DNA from: Candidatus Latescibacterota bacterium
Lineage (GTDB): Bacteria > Latescibacterota > UBA2968 > UBA8231
Assembly: GCA_965221775.1 (NCBI GenBank)
Contig: CBDCSU010000006.1
Location: 192,001 to 256,000, forward strand
Length of the DNA stretch: 64,000 nt
Direction: 5' to 3'
Part shown: piece by piece, positions 59,864 through 64,000 of the stretch
How the letters are laid out: every line of letters begins with the position of its first letter
Position numbering within the stretch: the first letter of the stretch is position 1
Translations under genes and position numbers: made by a program
Notes under the pieces: generated by a model
Told to the model about the DNA's origin: nothing
Database searches by the model: none
The model's input: only the letters and a program-made list of their open reading frames with translations

Positions 59864-62763
59864 TCCCTCAATCCTGTGTAGACGGTGAAAAAGGACAGGG
59901 CGCTGGTATCCGAACGGTCCTTGCCGGCGAAGGTGTCGATCTTCCGTCTGTCCACGCGAATCCCCAGGGTGGCCATCAGTCTGTATCCCAGGTAGGTGCT
60001 CGCATTGGCCAGCTGCAAGGCGAGGGACAGCTCATCGAAGTCCCCCGTGGCATCGCCCGGATTCAGGCCCGCCACGGGATCCTCGTCGAAGGCGACCTCC
60101 CGCTGGGCGAAGTCGCGGAACACGACCTGTTCCAGGCCGACGATCACCGTGCTGTGGCTCAGCACCGGGATGTCCAGCCGCAGGGAGGCGATGCCGGCCC
60201 ACTCCCGGCGCTCGAAGACCCGGTCGTTCAGGAGCCACTCCGTGTTGAAGGGGGTATCGTCGACGAACAGCTCGTGCTTGAAGCGCGGACGCAGCTGGAT
60301 GCCGCGGCCCAGGGGATGGAGCCAGTCGAGCTTGTTGATCAGACCGAGGCGCCGGGTGTGCCTCGGGATCTTCCGCCCCCCCCGGTCCACGGTGACTTCC
60401 TGCCGCTGCCGCAGCACCTCGTGGATCAGCCGGCTCTCGGAGTTGATGCCGCTGTCGCCGAGGCGCTCGAAGCCGAGGGACAGCTTGTTGACCCAGGTGT
60501 CCGGCAGGCCCAGCGGGTCCGGGACCGGGGTCATGCCCGCGGCCCGGAACCGCCCGTGGAGCCACTGGACCAGGTCGTCCGGGATGTCGTCCTCGACCCG
60601 CTTCAGCATGTCGTACACCGTCACCTCGCCGACGCCGGGCCAGCTGCGCTCGAAGGCGAGCAGGGCATAGCTGGTGACGTTCGTCTCGCCCGTGGAGGGG
60701 CGGCGCTGCCGCTGGTGGCCCGCGGTGATCCTGGCGCCCGGCAGGATCCACGCTCCGCCGTAGACGTTGTATCCGCGGCGGTCCCGCGGGTACGGGTAGT
60801 CGGGTTCGTCGTCGTTCTCGAAACGGTCCCCCCAGCCGTTGTTGTTCATGTCCAGGCCGAAGAGATACTCGGGCCGGTCGACGCCGTAGCGCAGGAAGGG
60901 CTCGGCGTAGTCGGGGATGTCGTTGGGCCGCTCGCGGGTGTCGTTCTGGTTGAAATCGGAGATGAAGTCGTTGTTCTCGTCGAGGCCGGGAAAGACCGCC
61001 TCGTCGGCGTAGCCCTCGAACCCGCGCACCACGCCCAGGCCCCGCTCCCCTGCCGTGCGGCCGTCGTCGAAGATGCGCTTCTGGTCGTTCTTGCGGTCGT
61101 TGTCGTCGTTGTCGTCCACCAGGTCGTAGAGGTAGCGGGAATGGGCCCGGGGCGTGTCCGAGTAGTCGACGCGCCCCGCCGTGTCCAGGAACCGCATGGA
61201 GGTCGAGTACTCGGCGTCCATGCCGAAGGCCTCGCCGAAGAGGTAGTACGGGTAGAAGTCCCTGGCCACGTTGACCATCCACCCTTCGGCGTAGGGATCG
61301 CCCCCGATGCCGGACGAGGTGGTGTGGCTGGCGCGGCTCACGTCGGGGTACTTGCGGTAGCGGTGGTTCACGTTGAACTCGCCGTAGAGCCGGAACCCGG
61401 CCAGGTCGTCGGCCTCCACCGTGAAGCCGAGGACCTGGGTGGCCGTGGGCAGTCCGTAGTCGAAGACCACGGAGCCCAGGTTGGAATGGTCCTGCACGTT
61501 CCCCGGCGCCCGCGCCAGGGTGCGGAAGACCGGACGCGGGTCGAAGAGGGCGTTGTCGGTCTGCTGGTCGGAGGTGACCTCGACCTTGTAGTCGTTGCTC
61601 AGGACCATCCGGAAGCGGACCCTGCGGATGTTGTTCACCACGTCGGCCAGGGGCACCACCGTCTCCAGATCGTCGAGGACGGCCGGGTCCGGATCGGCGA
61701 GGACGTATTCCAGCCGGATCCGCCCCGGGTCGCCGGCGCCTTCGGCTGCCAGGAAGCCGTCCCGGGCGACACCTCCCGAAACCCTCGGGTGGAAGCCGAT
61801 CCGGCTGCCCACCAGCACCGTGTCCAGCTCCCCGATCCGGGTGGTGATCTCGATGTCGTGGGCGAAGAGGGCGGGACCCGCCTCGCCGTCGGCCGGGGAG
61901 TCGTCGGTGATCTGCACCGTGATCCGGTTGATGCGCGCCCCCGCCTGGTGGGAGCTCAGCCTCCCGGTGTAGGGACTGCCGTCGAAAGGCCGGGTCGAGC
62001 TGCGCCCGTTGTGGGCGTTCACGAAGGTCCCCCCCAGGCGCACGAAGTCGGTTGCGTTCCACACCGCCCGGAGACCGGCGAGGGTGGTGAACTCGTCGAC
62101 GAAACTGGCCCTCGGCTCCACCAGCGGGACGTTGACCCGGGAGATGAGGGCCGTGGCCGAGCCGACATCGGACATGTAGTCGAACTGGACCCCGTTGAAG
62201 GCCGTCTTGCGGAAGGTCATGGGCGTCAGGGTCGTGCGGATCTCGTCGCCCACGGTGACCCGGAAGTAGTGCTGCCCCTTGGTGTCGGAAGAGACCACGA
62301 GGGAGCCGAGGAGGTCCTTGTACTCACCCGTCTTGTGGAGCAGGTTCCCTTCGGACGTCCGCGGCCGGCTCTGCTGCCAGTCGTAGATCAGCCAGCCGCG
62401 GGTGAGGAGCCTGCCGTAGAGATCGTACTGATGGTCGCCCTCCTGATCGGTGGCCAGGTACCGCAGGTAGCGCTGGCGGGCGTAGTTGGTCTCCTCCCAG
62501 CGCCAGCGGTACTGGTTGGCGGTCGGCCGCGGCCTGTACCACTTCTTCAGAGAGGGATCGAAGATCGACCCGTCGACGCTGGGAGCCGCCGGGTAGTAGC
62601 TCACCCGGCCGCCCTCGCGGAGGCCGAGGCGGTTCCCGTAGTCCCAGCGGGCGGCGGCGGGGCCGGCGCCCAGAATCACCGCGAGGGCGGCGACGACGAG
62701 GATCGGCCAGCGGCCGGCGGCCGGGCCGGGCCGCACCGTGCGCGCTCCGGGAACCTCGGACAT
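59860..62763 (-). CDS. Large secreted hypothetical protein with acidic Ca-binding-like repeats; probable outer-membrane beta-barrel
   Basis: Signal peptide ending AAA; DDNDDND, GLDENNDFISDFNQND, GLDMNNNG motifs; amphipathic beta strands at the C-terminus (ALSFFTVYTGL); ATG overlaps the upstream stop. Confidence 0.65.
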   Translation of the reverse strand: MSEVPGARTVRPGPAAGRWPILVVAALAVILGAGPAAARWDYGNRLGLREGGRVSYYPAAPSVDGSIFDPSLKKWYRPRPTANQYRWRWEETNYARQRYLRYLATDQEGDHQYDLYGRLLTRGWLIYDWQQSRPRTSEGNLLHKTGEYKDLLGSLVVSSDTKGQHYFRVTVGDEIRTTLTPMTFRKTAFNGVQFDYMSDVGSATALISRVNVPLVEPRASFVDEFTTLAGLRAVWNATDFVRLGGTFVNAHNGRSSTRPFDGSPYTGRLSSHQAGARINRITVQITDDSPADGEAGPALFAHDIEITTRIGELDTVLVGSRIGFHPRVSGGVARDGFLAAEGAGDPGRIRLEYVLADPDPAVLDDLETVVPLADVVNNIRRVRFRMVLSNDYKVEVTSDQQTDNALFDPRPVFRTLARAPGNVQDHSNLGSVVFDYGLPTATQVLGFTVEADDLAGFRLYGEFNVNHRYRKYPDVSRASHTTSSGIGGDPYAEGWMVNVARDFYPYYLFGEAFGMDAEYSTSMRFLDTAGRVDYSDTPRAHSRYLYDLVDDNDDNDRKNDQKRIFDDGRTAGERGLGVVRGFEGYADEAVFPGLDENNDFISDFNQNDTRERPNDIPDYAEPFLRYGVDRPEYLFGLDMNNNGWGDRFENDDEPDYPYPRDRRGYNVYGGAWILPGARITAGHQRQRRPSTGETNVTSYALLAFERSWPGVGEVTVYDMLKRVEDDIPDDLVQWLHGRFRAAGMTPVPDPLGLPDTWVNKLSLGFERLGDSGINSESRLIHEVLRQRQEVTVDRGGRKIPRHTRRLGLINKLDWLHPLGRGIQLRPRFKHELFVDDTPFNTEWLLNDRVFERREWAGIASLRLDIPVLSHSTVIVGLEQVVFRDFAQREVAFDEDPVAGLNPGDATGDFDELSLALQLANASTYLGYRLMATLGIRVDRRKIDTFAGKDRSDTSALSFFTVYTGLRD

Positions 62764-64000
62764 CAGAGTCCGGCGTTTATGGTGATGAAGGTGGTGCTCA
62801 GCTCGCGCCCCCGGTCTTCCTTCACCGAGGCTCCCTGGCCGCCGGCGGTGATGAACTCGTCCCAGGCCCGGGTGTACATGATGCCGAACCGGGTGATCAG
62901 CGTGTATCCCTGGTAATCGCCGACGGTGGACCACTGGGCGGCCAGCACCAGGCTGCGGGAGTCGCCCGTGGCCCCCACCCGGTTGGCGGCGAGGGCCCCC
63001 TTCTCGTCGAGCATCAGGTCGGCAACGCGGTGGTACTCCAGCCCCGCCTCCAGGGAGGAGGCGCCCAACATGGGATGCCGCAGCAGCAGGATGCCCGTTC
63101 CCGTCCACTCCCGGCGCCCGTCTCCGTCGAGAATGAAGGGCGTCTGGTTCAGGTACTCGCTCTTGATCCGGGGCTGCACCTCCAGGCTGCCGGCGCGCCA
63201 GGTGCCATCCGCCTTGTTGATGAACCCGAAGAAATGGGTGCGGTCCTCCAGCAAGGGGCCGACCCCGCGTTCGTGAGCGTCTCCCTGCCGGGCGTACAGG
63301 TCGTACTTCAGTTTGGCCGTCGTCTTCAGCTCACCCGGAAGGCGGTAGTTCAGCTCCAGGTAGGTCGAGTTCACCCAGGCATCGCGCGCCGGGAGCAGGT
63401 CCTCGACTCTGGCCAGGTTGCCGGGGGCGAGACCGAGGTAGGGAGTCATCTCCCGGCGGTCGTCGGGGATGGTGTCCCGGGCCCGCTTGAGCATGTCGTA
63501 GACCCGGACCCTGCCGAAGCGCGGGTCGTCGTGGGTGAAGGTGACCAGTCCGTACGTCGTGTGGTTTCTCCGGTCCGAGGAGAGGGAGTTGACCCGCATG
63601 CGCCCCAAGGTGGCCTTGATGCCGGGGGTCAGGAAGAGGCCGCCGTAGACGTTGTACCCCCGCTGGTCCCTCTTGTAGGGGTAGTCGGCGAGATCGTCGT
63701 TCTCGAAGCGGTCTACCCAGTCGTTGTTGTTCAGGTCGATGCCGAAGAGGAACTCGGGCCGGTCCGAGTGGTAGCGGAAGAACGGCTCCTCGTAGTCGGG
63801 GATGCGGTTGGCCAGGATGTTGCTGTCGTTCTGATTGAAGTCCGACACGAAATCGTTGTTTTCGTCCCATCCCGGGAAGACGTTGGCATCGCCGGAGCCC
63901 TGCTGCCACCGGCTCCAGTCGGGGAAGCGGTCCTGGTCGTCATTGTCCTCGACGAACTCGTAGAGGTGCCGCGTCGTATGGTCGTAGAGGACGTCCCCTT
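62763..64000 (-). CDS. Paralog of 59860-62763, 5'-truncated by the window edge
   Basis: YEFVEDNDDQDR, FPGWDENNDFVSDFNQND, PDYEEPFFRY, FLFGIDLNNN, RFENDD..DYPY, C-terminal TTFITINAGL. Confidence 0.7.
   Translation of the reverse strand, partial: GDVLYDHTTRHLYEFVEDNDDQDRFPDWSRWQQGSGDANVFPGWDENNDFVSDFNQNDSNILANRIPDYEEPFFRYHSDRPEFLFGIDLNNNDWVDRFENDDLADYPYKRDQRGYNVYGGLFLTPGIKATLGRMRVNSLSSDRRNHTTYGLVTFTHDDPRFGRVRVYDMLKRARDTIPDDRREMTPYLGLAPGNLARVEDLLPARDAWVNSTYLELNYRLPGELKTTAKLKYDLYARQGDAHERGVGPLLEDRTHFFGFINKADGTWRAGSLEVQPRIKSEYLNQTPFILDGDGRREWTGTGILLLRHPMLGASSLEAGLEYHRVADLMLDEKGALAANRVGATGDSRSLVLAAQWSTVGDYQGYTLITRFGIMYTRAWDEFITAGGQGASVKEDRGRELSTTFITINAGL

Overview
Very GC-rich bacterial DNA with almost all real genes on the minus strand. 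The gene content (PorZ-like protein, LptD, MoxR/DUF58/DUF4159/DUF4175 cluster, DUF6785-type permeases) suggests an FCB-superphylum organism such as Latescibacterota; this is an inference. Bases 1-37.4 kb are mostly housekeeping: a suf Fe-S operon (sufB-C-D-S-U-T plus an Rrf2 regulator), a MoxR cluster, priA, rodZ-like, maf, dtd, lptD-like, rlmB, mutS, rpsA, cmk, rluB, scpAB, HNH, gcvH, efp and tRNA-Lys(CTT). sufB carries a 357-aa LAGLIDADG intein. The sufB-sufC spacer holds a long inverted repeat that could pair with the sufC ribosome-binding site. From the tRNA to the window end lies an uncharacterised envelope locus. It encodes two paralogous secreted, acidic-repeat, probable beta-barrel proteins, a PpiC lipoprotein, a 1463-aa degenerate M28-peptidase/FtsX fusion, two near-duplicate polytopic OPT-like (DUF6785-type) permeases, a creatininase-family hydrolase and an OPT-like transporter with unusual inserted domains. 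A CRTAC1/TPR/ABC block interrupts this locus. The locus is the best candidate for a novel system. All family assignments come from motif recognition by eye, not from database searches.
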